The translations under genes and the position numbers were made by a program. From Orbicella franksi (lineage: Eukaryota): a stretch of 64,000 nt of DNA. Every line of letters begins with the position of its first letter. The first letter of the stretch is position 1. This document shows positions 37,946 through 51,045 of the stretch, in pieces. The notes under the pieces were generated by a model. The model was given only the letters and a program-made list of their open reading frames with translations. It searched no databases and was not told the origin of the DNA. The DNA is taken from positions 10,044,001-10,108,000 of the forward strand of contig OZ116698.1 in the NCBI GenBank assembly GCA_964199315.1, in the 5' to 3' direction.

Positions 37946-40900
37946 ATGAGTAAAGACCTCTTGGACTACCCTTTCTGCCATGATGTCAACAAATACGAAA
38001 GGATGGTTAAAATTGGCCAAGGAACCTTCGGGTTTGTAGACTGTTCAGTCCGCCATTTTGATAGTTCGACTTTGTGTTGATGGTAAGAATTGTTTTGCAG
38101 CGAGGTGTTCAAGGCACGCAACCGAAAGAATCTTAAAGAAATCGTTGCCCTCAAGAAGGTCCTCATGGACAACGAGAAAGAAGGGGTATTTAATGTTCTT
38201 GTAGATACATGATTTGCTTGATTTAGTAGTGTTCCGTGCTTGTTTTGTAGTCACTGAACTTTTGGTGTTTTTTGCACCATTGTTCAGTTCCCGATCACCG
38301 CCCTTAGAGAGATTAAGATCCTTCAGTTGTTGAAACACGAGAATGTGGTGAACCTCTTGGAGATTTGTCGAACTAAAGGTAGGTAAAAATCGCTGGTCTA
38401 TCTCAGTTACGTGATCATTATAATGTTATGTAATTGTATGCAAGGAAGTGACAATGCAGTTAAGGCATTGATGACATATTGTAAATACTGATGAACACTT
38501 CTGTGGGGTGGAGAGCCTGTTATACATGTTCTTTACTTTGGTGCTTTGCTTATTCTCAACTTGAAACTCAAATATATAATACCTGAATTGTAGAGACTAC
38601 CTTCTCTAGTAAAAGAGTTCTAGTAATAATGGTGACTCTACAGTACTGGTGCAGTACTCTACCAACTGGGTTATCAAGCCACACTTAATTTGCAACTGCC
38701 TAAAATCATGTATGTAACTGTGATGATATATCTTTTTAAGTCCCCCCTGCAGTTCAAAAATATATATGAGGTTTCATGTGTTCCCTTGCATGCTTTCCCA
38801 TCTTTGTGTACATTATGAGCTCACAACGTGACCAGCTCCCAGTTAGCTTGATAGCCCAGCTGGTATCTAGAGGACCACTCTAAAATCTCAATGCTCATGG
38901 ATTTTAAACTTTTTCTTCCCATCTACCCTCTTGTGGATATCATCTTGCTGCCAAACCCCCAAAGGTATGAGGCAGTTTTTCCAAAATCAGCAGATAAAGA
39001 CTCTTTGCCTGTTGTAATGTTGATGCCAATCTTGTCACAAAAACCTCCATGATGGAGGACCAGCATAATCAAAATGGTTACTATTCTTATACATGTACAT
39101 TGCTTTGTAATAAATTACACAGAAAAAAAAAAACAAGATTTGCAAAGTCTAGTGTCCAGCAATCTTCACAGGTCCACTCCTTGTGGACCTCTTTTCCTCC
39201 TCTTGAGGCATTCCTCAGAAGAAAATGAGTGGCTTCAAAAATATCAAACTGACTTCTGAAGCAAAAATAATGATCATCGCCACAGTTAAAAGGGATTTTT
39301 GTGGTGAATAATTCAATCACTAAGTTTACAAATGTATGACTATGCAGGTATTTTTTTTCACTGACTTCTTAGCTTCCAGCCACAAAACAGTCCATTAAAT
39401 AAACCTTCTGAACTAAATTAAAATAACGTTTCCAGGTTGAAGCTGCCTGATGAGGTTCTGCAGAAACTCAAACTCAAATTATTCAGGACTATTTTCTTAC
39501 TAGTATACATTGTCATTCTCCAAAAGACCCATTTTTGGTCATCTCTGTATATTACAAAAAGGCATAGCTTAAATGATTCAGAACAACATCCAACAGACCA
39601 ATTCTCTAACATTTTTTTATGTTCCTCCATATTTCTTTGTGTCGTTTAATTTGTATGAAACGGAGTGAACAAGATTTGAGTCCTTAAACTGAACTTTGTG
39701 CGGTGGCCTCATGGTTAGTGTGCTTGACTCCCGAATGAGTGGTCCAGGTTCAAGCCCTGGCGGGGAACATTGTGTTGTGTTCTTGGGCAAGACACTTTAC
39801 TCTCACAGTGCCTCTCTCTACTGTGTACAAATGGGTACCGGCAAATTTAATGCTGGGGGTAACTTTGCAATGGACTAGCATCCCATCCCAGAGGTAGTAC
39901 AAATACTAATTGCTTCATGTACAGAAACCAGGATAAGCTCTGGCCCAATGGGTGATTTGGCTTGTATGCAGACTTACCTTTTATGAAGTGAAATGCTGAA
40001 CAATCCGACACAGACTAGTGATAGACAAACTTGTGTACTTGGTCATTGCATAGTATTGTAGAACAACTTTATTTAGATCACTTCTAATTAAATACTTAAA
40101 GCTATTTGTTTTTCTATTTTGTCTTGTAGCATCTCCTTATAATCGCAATAAAGGAAGTATCTACCTTGTGTTTGAGTTCTGTGAACATGACCTTGCTGGC
40201 CTTCTTAGCAACCACCAGATCAAGTTCTCATTGTCGGAGATGAAAAAAATGGTGCAAATGTTGCTGAATGCACTCTACTTCATTCACAGCAATAAAATAC
40301 TCCACAGAGATATGAAAGCTGCAAACGTTCTCATTACTAAGAATGGTGTTCTGAAACTGGCTGACTTTGGTCTAGCTCGTGCTATTCATCTTAACAAAGA
40401 GCAATCTCAGCGTTACACCAACCGGGTAGTGACCCTTTGGTACAGGCCACCAGAGCTTTTGCTAGGGGAAAGAAATTATGGCCCTCCCATAGATCTGTGG
40501 GGGGCAGGCTGCATTATGGCAGAGCTGTGGACACGAACTCCCATCATGCAAGGAAACACTGAACAACACCAGTTGACTCTGATAAGTCATCTATGTGGCT
40601 CCATTGCACCTGATGTGTGGCCAGGGGTGGAAAAACTGGATCTGTTTACCAAGTTGACCCTCCCGCCAAATCAGAAAAGGCGTGTAAAGGAAAGACTACG
40701 TAGCTATGTTAAAGATCCCCTTGCTCTAGACCTGATTGACAAGATGTTGACTGTTGATCCAGGGCAAAGAATTGATGCAGATACAGCACTGAATCATGAT
40801 TTTTTTTGGAGCGATCCCATGCCCACTGACCTCACGCGCACATTGAGTTCTGTAAATACGTCTATGTTTGAATTTCTGGCACCACCACATCGTGGGAGAG

Positions 40901-40992
40901 GTCAGGTACAGCCACAAGCTGCTGGGCAGGCTCGTGTGGGTCCAGCAAATCAGGCTAATGTTCAGAGTGGCACATTTGACAGGGTATTTTAA
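37946..40992 (+). CDS. CDK9: cyclin-dependent kinase 9 (P-TEFb kinase)
   Basis: Exons 37946-38031, 38101-38185, 38288-38378 and 40130-40992 give 374 aa, with KIGQGTFGEV, diagnostic FPITALRE, HRDMKAAN, LADFGLAR and RYTNRVVTLWYRPPE. Confidence 0.97.
39697..39980 (+). mobile_element. tRNA-derived SINE (family 2) in CDK9 intron 3
   Basis: GGTGGCCTCATGGTTAG (A box), GGTTCAAGCCC (B box) and the shared family body. Confidence 0.88.
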
Positions 40993-42147
40993 GTTTAAAT
41001 TAACATTCACTTGACATTTTTTTGCATGCAGAGAAGTATATACTGTATTTATACTTGAATTTATAGCAAAAAAATAGACTGAAAAGTTCAAAAAAAGAAA
41101 AAAAAAAGAAAAAATTGTAAAAAGCTAAAAAACAAAACAAACAAAATACAAAACGAACTTACTCCTAAAAAACTTTAAAAAGAAGCAAAAAGAACAAAAA
41201 TATGAAGGTCATGTGCTTTAATTTTAAGGCTTTGTTTCTTAAATCTACCGCATTGATTATCAATGCTAAAATACCTTGCCTTGGTTTTGGGAAGGCTTGG
41301 TACAGTTTTGTAGTTCTGTTGAAAGTCAATTTGAAGAGGATAGCTTGGACTGTTAATTAATTAACCTGTGGTCATAATCAGCTACAGGTCAGAATGCTAC
41401 TGGAAAATTGTCATAATTTTGGGTATATGTAGACTGTGCAGAATAGAGTAAAATAGTTGTTTAGGCAGAAGTCATGAAAAGTTTTGCCAGACTTCTCATG
41501 CAAGGCTGTATCATTAGCCAAATGCATATCGGTTAATTTTAGTGTTAACAGAAAGCACTCGTCTGGTTCTTATCCCGACACTAATCATTTCAGTTGTGGT
41601 GAGGGAGTTTTATAGGTAAGCTAACAGCACTATTTTTGAAGGCGTCATTCAGTTTTCGTGAATTTTATTTTTCAAGTATTGCTTTGAGAATCAGGCATTG
41701 CTGCTATAAAGTGTTTTTTGTAATGGCAGTATTTCTCTCAGAATGGCATGTGCCAAAACACAATCAATTAAAGTGGATAATTTAATCAAGCCAGTGTAGT
41801 GATATGCGGTGAAAATATCATGTTTCATTAGTTTGAATATGGACAGTTTCCATTTTATATAAATCGATATCTTAGGGATGTATGTCGCTGCCAAAAAAGA
41901 AAACGAAAAAAAAAAACAGAAAACATTGTCCAAGGTAGATGGATAAGTGCCACTGATAGAATAAGATGTGGTTGTACTAGTAACATAAAAAAAACTGTAG
42001 TAATAAATAAACAAGGCATAACAGTTGTAATTGCATTGATGAGGTTCCTTAGTTGATAATGATTCCTTAGTTGCTGTGATTCCAGGTAATGCTATGCCAG
42101 TTTTTGAATAGTCTGAGCAAAATAATGTGCTACACTAATTCATCAAG

Positions 42148-42288
42148 CCCTGGTTGTTCAGAGGCTGGATAACGCTATCAGCTGGATAAATCATTATCCA
42201 GTGAATAGCGTGGTTTGTTTTGTTAACGCTTATCTGCTGGATAGTGATTTATCCGGTAGATTATACAACTTTTGAACAACCTGGGCCA
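42148..42288. mobile_element. short MITE
   Basis: Inverted ends GCCCTGGTTGTTCA / TGAACAACCTGGGCC with internal GGATA repeats. Confidence 0.6.
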
Positions 42289-42995
42289 GTACCACTTCAT
42301 CACCCAGCACAAGGCATCCATTTCTTCAGGCTATTGTTTTGTAAAAAATAAATTAATAAATAAGGATTAGGATGATCAAAACCCTTCAGCACTTGAAAGA
42401 TAACCAAACTTTCTATTTGTGTTTCCTCCAGTACAAAAAGTTACTGAACTGTCTAGCTTACATTTGATTTGGGACTAGTCTGATGCACTCTCTGACTGGG
42501 GCACAATGTTATCCTATTTAGTAGGTCCATTTTCCTGATTTCTGTTCAGGACCAGTAGGAAGCACATGACACACAGCAAATTCAAATGTCCAGAAACCTG
42601 TTTTTATTGGATCTGAACACTGTTTTCTGCATGGAAATAGATATCTTTATGGCAGCTAGACAGGGTCTGTCCACTGTCAAAACACTTATTCAAAATGAAA
42701 TGGTATCCTAGGTAAGGTTTTTCTTTATTTTTTACTTCTCCAAGAAGTTACTGAAGAACTGTTTTGCCAAGCAACTCTTGCACAAGGTCATGCAAGTTGC
42801 AAGTGATAGTTTTCAGTCCTTTGCATTTTGTGACTGTGGCATGTCGCTGGCATGTCTGGCAGTGTCAGTTGTCTTGATAGTGTCTGATGTGCACACCCTG
42901 GCTCATCTGTTTGAAGATGTCTGTAAAAGAACTCGAGAGGCTTTGCCCATTGTCATTCCGACTTCAACCTTCATAAAGTTACCCCATGCGCCTGT

Positions 42996-45900
42996 TCAGG
43001 ACACTCCTCCATAAAAGGACACTAAGCAATCCAGTGCATCATCATCGTCGGACCGCTTTGGAGTATCTAAATTTGATTGCTGAGAGGTTACATGCACCAG
43101 TGCCAATTCATTCTGCTTAATACCCTTTATTTTTGGTGTCCTCCCTAAAGAAAGAAACATCAATTAAATTAACCTGAACAAATAAAAGTTCCAAGTGTTA
43201 GATGTCAACACTAAGTCTGCAAAGTGTTGTAACCATACATATTATTATAGTGTGGATGCAGCAATTTAGACCCCTATTGCAAATAAGAAAGTAATCTGTC
43301 CATGTCAGTTGCCATCTCCATGCAGATATTACCTCAATTATGGCTAAACACACTATCCTTCCTTGACGGTAGAAACTGCATGTTCATGGAGGAGGCTTTT
43401 TCAGTTGCAGGGTTACCCCAAACATTACCACTTCACACCTGTAGAGAGGCATTGAGTGCAAGTTGTCTTGCCCAGGAACACAGTGCAAGAAGACTTAACT
43501 TGCCTGGGCGAGACATTTCAGTTTTACAATGCCTTCCTATCAGGTGTAGAAATGGACATGTTTGGGGGTAACCTTACAGTGGCATTCCCAGTGCAGTAGA
43601 AGAATCGTCTCTTTCTGTGAATTAAACCAGAGATAAGCATGGATGTTATACGCCACTAGCCTATAGTAGTAGTATGATTGTACCTGTTTTCTGAAGAGTG
43701 CAGTTACTATCATCACATTCACTCAACAACTGCCTCAGATTTTCAAAAAATCTGAAACAAAAAACCACAGGCATTGAATTACTAAAAACACCACACAAAT
43801 CTGACATTTAGAAGAATCGCAAAAGTATTAACCCTTGAGACAATAATTATCAGGATGCACTTTTTTCCACATCGTTCTCCATACGTTTACTAAACTGTGG
43901 TACTGGTGAGGACTAGTTGTCATAATCAATACTATTGACACCATTTTACTCTGAGATCATATCCTTTATTCTCATGAACTTAAAGTGAATTATTTTAAGG
44001 AGAAATAAGATAAAAGAGATAAAAACTTTCTCTGGTAAAATTGTTTAAAGTTGTGAGCTTTCAACAGCCAGTCTGCTGTCTTCGACGGACAAAAATGAAA
44101 TGATAAAAAATGTGCCATTAGATTGGAACGCGGTGTTAATGCGATCAATTTCACGTGGCTACCCACAAAAAGTCACTGCTGATATCATAAGAAAGAAATC
44201 TTCGACTCCTCCAACACCTTCACCTGAAGAACTAGTTGGGATGTTCTTCAGTTGGGCTGACCGAACGAATAGTCAGAGCTTCGCGGTCCTTCCCTACATC
44301 AAAGGTATTACCGAGCCTCTTTCTAGAATTCTCAAAAGTCGTGATATTCGAGTAACGATAGTCTCCCTGTTCCCAAGTTTCGACCTCGGATCGACCACCA
44401 GTGCAATGTTGTTTACAAAATCCCTTGTGGGTCTTGTCCCTGGAGTTATATCGGCGAGACAAAAAGATCGTTTAGTACAAGGCGAAAAGAACATATCAGA
44501 AATACTAAACAATGTGCTAAAGGCTCCAATGTAGCGAAACATGCCTGGACGTTCGATCATACCATCGACTTTAACAATGCTGAGATAATTGACAAAGGCA
44601 ACAGCCGCATTAGAAAGACGCTGGAATCCTGGCACACAGCGAAAACGGTCGAGGCCGACAACAATTTGTGCCCTCTGCCGGGACAATGTAACATTCTTTT
44701 AAACAAACACTAATTTTGCACTTTTAGCATTCTCACATTCTTTCACACGTATTCTATTTAATATATGCCATTCGCTTGTTATATTCAAAAACTTTTAGGT
44801 CTATTTTATCGGGTACCCCGAAAACACTGACCCCCAGTCCGCGGACCCCCACTACGGACCGGGGGTCCGTTTCTCGAAAGCCCCGGAAACTTTTCGGGCC
44901 AGGAAAGCCATAGCAAAATCTCGAACGTTACGATTACAGAACTGTTTTATTTACGTATTCTTAATATGAACAGAGGTTCCCTTCATGCAAGAAGTTTCAG
45001 GCGTATACACTTCTCCGTTTGTAGATACAGATGAACTAATAATGGCTTTACGGGCCCGAAAAGTTTCCGGGGCTTTCGAGAAACGGGCCCCCTGGATTCA
45101 GGCTCGGATGCAATTTAAATCATTGCACATTGCTATTTCCTTTGCTGTGGCCATAAAATATACGAAAGACGCGTACGGTGAAGCCTCCGGGAAGCCTCGA
45201 AATTTGTGCTCTTTCCCCTCTGCCATTTTGTTCAGCCCATTTTCCCGTGGGTTCGTGAACTCATTCCAGGCTTCACAATTTGCTCAGCGGAATAATAGAT
45301 ACAAACAACAATTAACGGCCTAAAACTATGTCTTCCATAGCCAGATTGAGCCACGAATGGAAGGTAAGAACTTTCCTTCTTACCATTGGCATTTCCTTAC
45401 GCTGAAAACAGCTTTTAGGCATTTTTTGGGGGGGGGAGGGGTGGGGGAGGGGTGGGGGGTTGAGGTGTTAAAAACGCGAGTCTGTTGCATTTGCACAGTG
45501 TAACACTCAAAAAATCACCGACACAAGTCTGAATCTATTAGACAATCCATAAGTGAAATCTTTATTTATTATTTTTACACTATTTTAGGATGGTCCGTAG
45601 AGGGGGTCCATAGGGGTAGTCCATGGACTGGTCCGTAGGGTAGTCCGCGGACCCGGTCCGTTGTGGGGGTCCGCGGACCGGGGGTCAGTGTTTTTGGGTC
45701 ACCCCTATTTTATCATTTCATTTTTGTCCATCGAAGACAGCAGACTGGCTGTTGAAAGCTCACAACTTTAAACAATTTTACCAGAGAACGTTTTTTACGT
45801 CTTTTATAATGAATCCTGGTATCGGATCTTCAATATTTTGAGAAATAAGATGCTCGTCACTCTTAGGGGTTACTAACTAGCCTGCGATCAGGCGTTCTTT

Positions 45901-48900
45901 ACCATTAAAATAAGTATACATACGTCATTCAGAGGGTTTGAACGCAAGTTCAAGCCAGAAAGTGATAGTTTTTAATAAACGGAAACTAGTTAAGGTAAGA
46001 GACTATTGATAAAGAATGCACCTGTTTATCCTTCTTTGATTTTCCTCAAGTTTCTTGTTGGCAGCATTCACCAGGAACTCTATATACTGAATGTAAGAAA
46101 CAACATAGTAAGGGGTCTCATTACTTTGCAGGGTTCATACAGGTCATGGAAAACCTGGAAAGTCATGGAATTTGTTATTTGAATTTCCAGGCCTGGAAAG
46201 TGATGGAATTTAAGTGAAGGTCATGGAAAGTCATGGAAAAGCAATATGCTTGGCAAAAAGTTATTTTAAAAATTGAAAAGATAACAAGAGTCAGAAACAG
46301 GCTTTCATTTCAGTAGATTTAGACACAAGCACACATTTTATGCATTATAATGCTGGAAAATATGTTAAATGATTGTTTTGATACTGCTGTGAGAATAACT
46401 GCTTACCTTTGGTCATGGAAAATGCAGAAAAGTCATGGAAAAGGTCACAGAAAGTCATGGAATTTTAAAAGCTTCAAAGAGTATGAACCCTGCTTTGTTT
46501 ATACAGTGAAACCTCTATTAAGCGGACACCCTTGGGACCTTCCCAAGTGTCCGCTTAATAGAGGGTGTCCGCTTAATAAAGGTTTATAACAATTGTGCAA
46601 TGTTTGTTAACAATTAACATTCAACCCCTCTGTACTGTAATAAAGTTCCAGGTTGTTAACGAAGCTATCCAGAGTTCAAGTTCGTCAGCTTTCATTACCA
46701 ACTTTAACTTGTTTGTAGTAATGCCCTTTCGATAAAGCAACGATAATAAGGGTACATTTAATCAACCATTTCAAGGATGTAATCATGCCACATTGTCAAT
46801 TCAGTCTGGTGTCCGCTTAATAGAGGTTTTTAACACTAGAAATTAGCCAAATACAATTTATTTTAGTGTCCGTGTCCACTTAATAGAGGTGTCTGCTGAA
46901 TAGGGGTTTGTTATAAAAGGAAATATAACACGTTAATTTCCGGACCAGGCTAAGTGTCTGCTTAAAGGATGTCTGCTTAATTGGGGGTCTGCTTAAAATA
47001 GGTTTCACTGTGTCTTGCAAAAACAAAATCAGTGATAACATTTCTCTTCACACAAGTTAAAATTTATTTAAGCGCTAAAATGTGATCAGTTGTACAAAGT
47101 GATATAACAAAGAAAGTAGAAATTATCGGGGGGGGGGGGGTACTCCTATACAAGGAGATGCTCTCCCCAAAAGAGGTACCTTTTTCAGGCTTCAGGTAAT
47201 TAAAAAGGCAGGGATTTTACAACTTGAGGTATATGAAAGGGTACTAGGGAAATCTGTCATTTAGGTATTTAAAAGGGACTTCAGTTAAAATATTTTGAGC
47301 AGATGCACCTTACAGCTGTATCATTCATTCAATTTATTAATAAGCTCTACATCATTAATTTCATTTCAATGGTTTAGAAAAGAGATTCAATGTTCTAAAG
47401 TAGGTATGCAAAAAGAGTACCTGTTTTCAATAAAAGCAAACAAAAGGGGTAACTTTTCTGTCAAAATGGTATACAAAAGGGTAAGGGGTTGGACCTTGGG
47501 ATGGAGCCTCCCCGTATAAAACTTTGCAGAGTAACCCCCCCCCCCCCCCCCCCAGGCGCTACTAGCCCTCAGTTCACCCTGCTTACCTACTTCAGCTATA
47601 AGAAGGTAACAAATAAAATAGGAGATTTTGCTGCAAAAAAATTCCACTTTGATTACCTTGTAAGAGACCATAAGTTCTCCCTTATGAGCAAGTGGCACTT
47701 CCAAACTTTGCGTACTTCTTACTGCCTGAAATAAACAGAGAAAAATAATACTCTTCACAAACTATGCAAAAATAGTATTCATCAATTCAAATCAAAAGAT
47801 TTTGTCATTGAGCACTCACTTCAGTCAGAAATACCTACAGAAAAATCCAAGATTTTAACAGAATTTTCCCTTATAGCTGGCAGGAGGATGTAGAAGAATC
47901 CTTGGACCATCACAAAAGTTCAACCTGATGCATATGAGCAAATTTGCTCATTTTGCATTTGGCTGACGTAAAGTTGGATGTTAGTCAATCTCCTGTCAGT
48001 GACCACCTTGTAAATTAGTGTGGCCCCTTTTTTATTACTAACACTTATCTATCTTTTTAAGCCCAAACAAAACTTAGGTCAGTCATTTCCTTTAATTATA
48101 AAACCTCTTTTATTCAACAATCCTGTTTAAAATATGATCAGTTTTGGTGTTCTGATGGTGGTACACCACACAATGGAGGAGTAAGAGTCCCATTGTAGTA
48201 TTACTATGTAAGGATATCCATCAGAGCTGGAAGAATAAAGAAACTTACCGGTAATAGGTCTCTAGGATCTTAACTGACAGTTTGATCTATATTTTGTTTT
48301 TAACTTTCAATCTCATTAGATTAGCACACAGTTATAAGCTGTATAATAATAAAAACTTTATTTGAGTGTCTAGTTACGCACCACTATCACATTGGCCTTC
48401 TTGCCAATGACAATTCCAGAATTTTTGAAACCAGATGTGAGGGCCACTTTAAGCTACAAAAGAAAATAAGAAAGAATTTTGATTCTTTTTATATTAATTT
48501 TATTTAAATTTTCAGTTCTACTATGATTTAAATTACGACACAATCAATTTATGATAAAAGTACATAACATTACTAATATTTCTTACCATTTGTTGTCCAG
48601 CGACAAGGTCTTTGCACTGAACATGCAAAACAAATGGTTCAAACTTGAACACAGCACTTCCAACACAGCCTTTCAAGGATTTAACCTAGTGGTGAATAAA
48701 AAGGCAGGTTGATTTGAACTTCAGTAACTCTAAGAGATATACTATGGTAAAATTTCAAAAGTAACAGCCTCCAAAACTAGCGACCCCCCTAAGTAATGTT
48801 AAAAAATTATGCCTGCTAATGAAACCTGAAAGCAACAATCCTTCAAAAGTACTGACACATTTTCGGAACTGTTTTAATTTACACATTTCTTTCTTTTATT

Positions 48901-50672
48901 TAATAAAAAGAGCTTACTGGTAGTTGTGCCAGCTTTAAACAAACCTTTTGGCTCCCCAAAAGTAATGTGCTCCAGAAGGTTAGGACCCTTCAAAAGTAGC
49001 AAGCCCCAAAACCTGCTTATTCCAAAAGTCATGGGAAGGGTCATTACTTCTGGAAATTGACAGTAGTCTGGTCCATGTGAAGTTTATATGAAATAATTCA
49101 TATATGAACTCCATGTTGGCTCCTTCTTGTCTTACAAGAGACAGAACACGCAATGATAGAACACTGCCCCACAAACCTATTGTTTTCATTGTTTTCCACA
49201 TTCTTTTTTTCCTTTTGCTCTCCATTGTTTTACAACACTGCATCTTCTACACCAAGTAAGAGTCTACAAGTTCATGTAAATTATAGCCTGACTATCAGTA
49301 AACAGATGTCAATTATCACAAATAGACTCATTAAATTTTTATTTCTTGTGTTAATCTCAAGATAGATATATCAGACCCCAGTCGAAAGAGATCCTAACTA
49401 AGGACTAACTACAGCATAACCTAACTAACTGAGAGCAACTTAGAACTGCAGAATACTTATTTAAAGTGTCTCTGGATTTTATTTGTAAATATTACTCCTC
49501 CTCAGGCTTTTACAGTTGTGTGGGTGTGATGAGCTGGGTACAAAGTGCAAGCAAGCTTCGAACAAGTGCAAAACACACATAAGGGGTGACAGGTAGGAGA
49601 CTGCACCTCATCTCTTGGGGTGTCCAATTGATGAAATAAACCATTGATGACTATCGATACCAAATGATACCAATCAATAGACCATTTTACAGTTGTCTGC
49701 TCGGTGACCTGGCCTCTGTATGACAGCAAGGCTAGAGTTGACCTTGTTTTGATACAGACCTCAGTGCTTTTGTTGTGTAAAACAAGTTGTTCTGATGCTA
49801 ACTAGGTGCATTTACATTACAAAAGCAGTGAGGTCTGTATCAAAACAAGGTCAACTCTAGCCTCGCTGCCATACAAAGGTCAGGTCACTGAGCAGACAAC
49901 TGTAAAATGGTCTATTAGTAACTTTAAATGAGTTTCCACACTGTCTCTTTTTCTTGTATGCTAAGTGAATCGCTCACCAACATTTTTTTAATTTGGTCAA
50001 CATTTACAAGAACACTCAAGAAGAACAGTTACTAACAGTGGTATGAGGATGTGCAACATGGCATATGCTTTGTGTTGAGAAGTCTGGGTGTGACATATTT
50101 TGCTAATTGATGAACGGCTTTTGTGTGACGTGACCATTGATTGATCATCTATTGACCGATACCAGTGGATGCCAATTAACTAATTTTATGGATTGATATC
50201 GATTGATCGATTGCTTTTCCAATCATCGATTTCCATCGATTGGGGCTCCATTGCATACTGATCGCTTCAACTGATCACCAAATATGTGACACACGTGGTA
50301 TGCAGGTTATGTTCCAGGGTTATGTATATACTTACAACTTCTTCTTCTGTTGCTGTACTGTGGGTAACATAAAGCCACTCGCAATGCTTCTTTTTCTGAT
50401 CTGCAAGCTGATAAATTGTAATTTTTCAGTTAAATCTGAGTCTCTGAGATGCATCACCCAAAACAAAATACATACATACTGGTATATTCTATCCCCTCAT
50501 AGCTAACCTCGGAGAAAACTGAAATCCTTCCAGAGCAGGAGCTTGTGGTAAAATAATCATCTTTAGCATTAATGTATTGTACTAAGTCCACGATTTGGTC
50601 ATCAATGCTTCCTTTCTTACTAAGATCCACCTGCGAAAGACAAGACGCTTTTTGCTCCTCGAAGGCGGCCAT
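42996..50672 (-). CDS. TYW3: tRNA wybutosine-synthesizing protein 3
   Basis: Eight exons: 50508-50672, 50336-50407, 48587-48685, 48382-48453, 47657-47725, 46022-46086, 43684-43751, 42996-43144, giving 252 aa. Motifs DLSKKGSID, TTSSCSGRI, FKFEPFVLHVQC, SGFKNSG and AVRSTQSLEVPL. Confidence 0.95.
44811..45704. mobile_element. MULE-like MITE with 10-bp TSD inserted in the Penelope element
   Basis: TIR GGGT(A/G)..CC.AAAACACTGACCCCC.GTCCGCGGACCCCCAC; identical flanks CTATTTTATC at 44801-44810 and 45705-45714. Confidence 0.85.
44862..45091. mobile_element. MITE nested in the left TIR of the MULE-like element
   Basis: TIR of about 38 bp, GGGG.CCGTTTCTCGAAAGCCCCGGAAACTTTTCGGGCC, at both ends. Confidence 0.85.
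46129..46492. mobile_element. hAT-type MITE with 5-bp TSD
   Basis: TIR CAGGGTTCATAC/GTATGAACCCTG flanked by CTTTG on both sides; internal (GTCATGGAA) repeats. Confidence 0.8.
46504..47010. mobile_element. Tc1/mariner-type MITE
   Basis: TA|CAGTGAAACCT...AGGTTTCACTG termini and repeated GTGTCCGCTTAATAG motifs. Confidence 0.75.
47128..47552. mobile_element. MITE with G-rich/C-rich ends
   Basis: GGGGGGTACTC at the left end and GAGTAACCCCCC at the right end. Confidence 0.55.
49677..49915. mobile_element. near-perfect foldback MITE
   Basis: About 105-bp inverted arms ATAGACCATTTTACAGTTGTCTGCTC...CAGACCTCA around a short spacer. Confidence 0.85.
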
Positions 50673-50802
50673 TTTGAATTTTTCTTACAGGAAATGCTGC
50701 TGAGATTTGAAACCGTGGGCTCTCAGAAGACATTTGGCGCCATTTTGACAGGTCTTCGTCTTTAATCAGGCACCTCGTAAATCTGACATTTTCCTTAAAA
50801 TT

Positions 50803-51045
50803 ATGCTACGAAGAAAGCCCACTCGGATAGAACTGAAAGGAGAGGACGTAGAAGAATACGAGAAAGCAAAAAAGATGTGGACGAAGGATACAAAGAAAGA
50901 CGATGAGGATGTTAAAGCTCAGAGCTTGCTTGATGATTCTCTTCTGGCGTTGAATGATCCAAAGAGGATTTCGAAAATTCACGAGCGAATAGGATACAAG
51001 CCTGAGACTGTACCTAGCGACGGAACAACGACATTCCATTCTTAG
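50803..51045 (+). CDS. CDC26: anaphase-promoting complex subunit CDC26 (APC12)
   Basis: Single-exon 80-aa ORF starting MLRRKPTRIELKGEDVEEYE, the hallmark CDC26 N-terminus. Confidence 0.93.
   Translation: MLRRKPTRIELKGEDVEEYEKAKKMWTKDTKKDDEDVKAQSLLDDSLLALNDPKRISKIHERIGYKPETVPSDGTTTFHS

Larger units (their letters stand above)
44020..45795 (+). mobile_element. 5'-truncated Penelope-like retroelement with inverted terminal repeat
   Basis: Frameshifted RT C-terminus (AVLPYIKGITEPLSRILK) and GIY-YIG endonuclease (NVVYKIPCGSCPWSYIGETKRSFSTRRKEH...KTLESWH). About 90 bp at 44022-44108 is the reverse complement of about 45708-45795. Confidence 0.88.
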
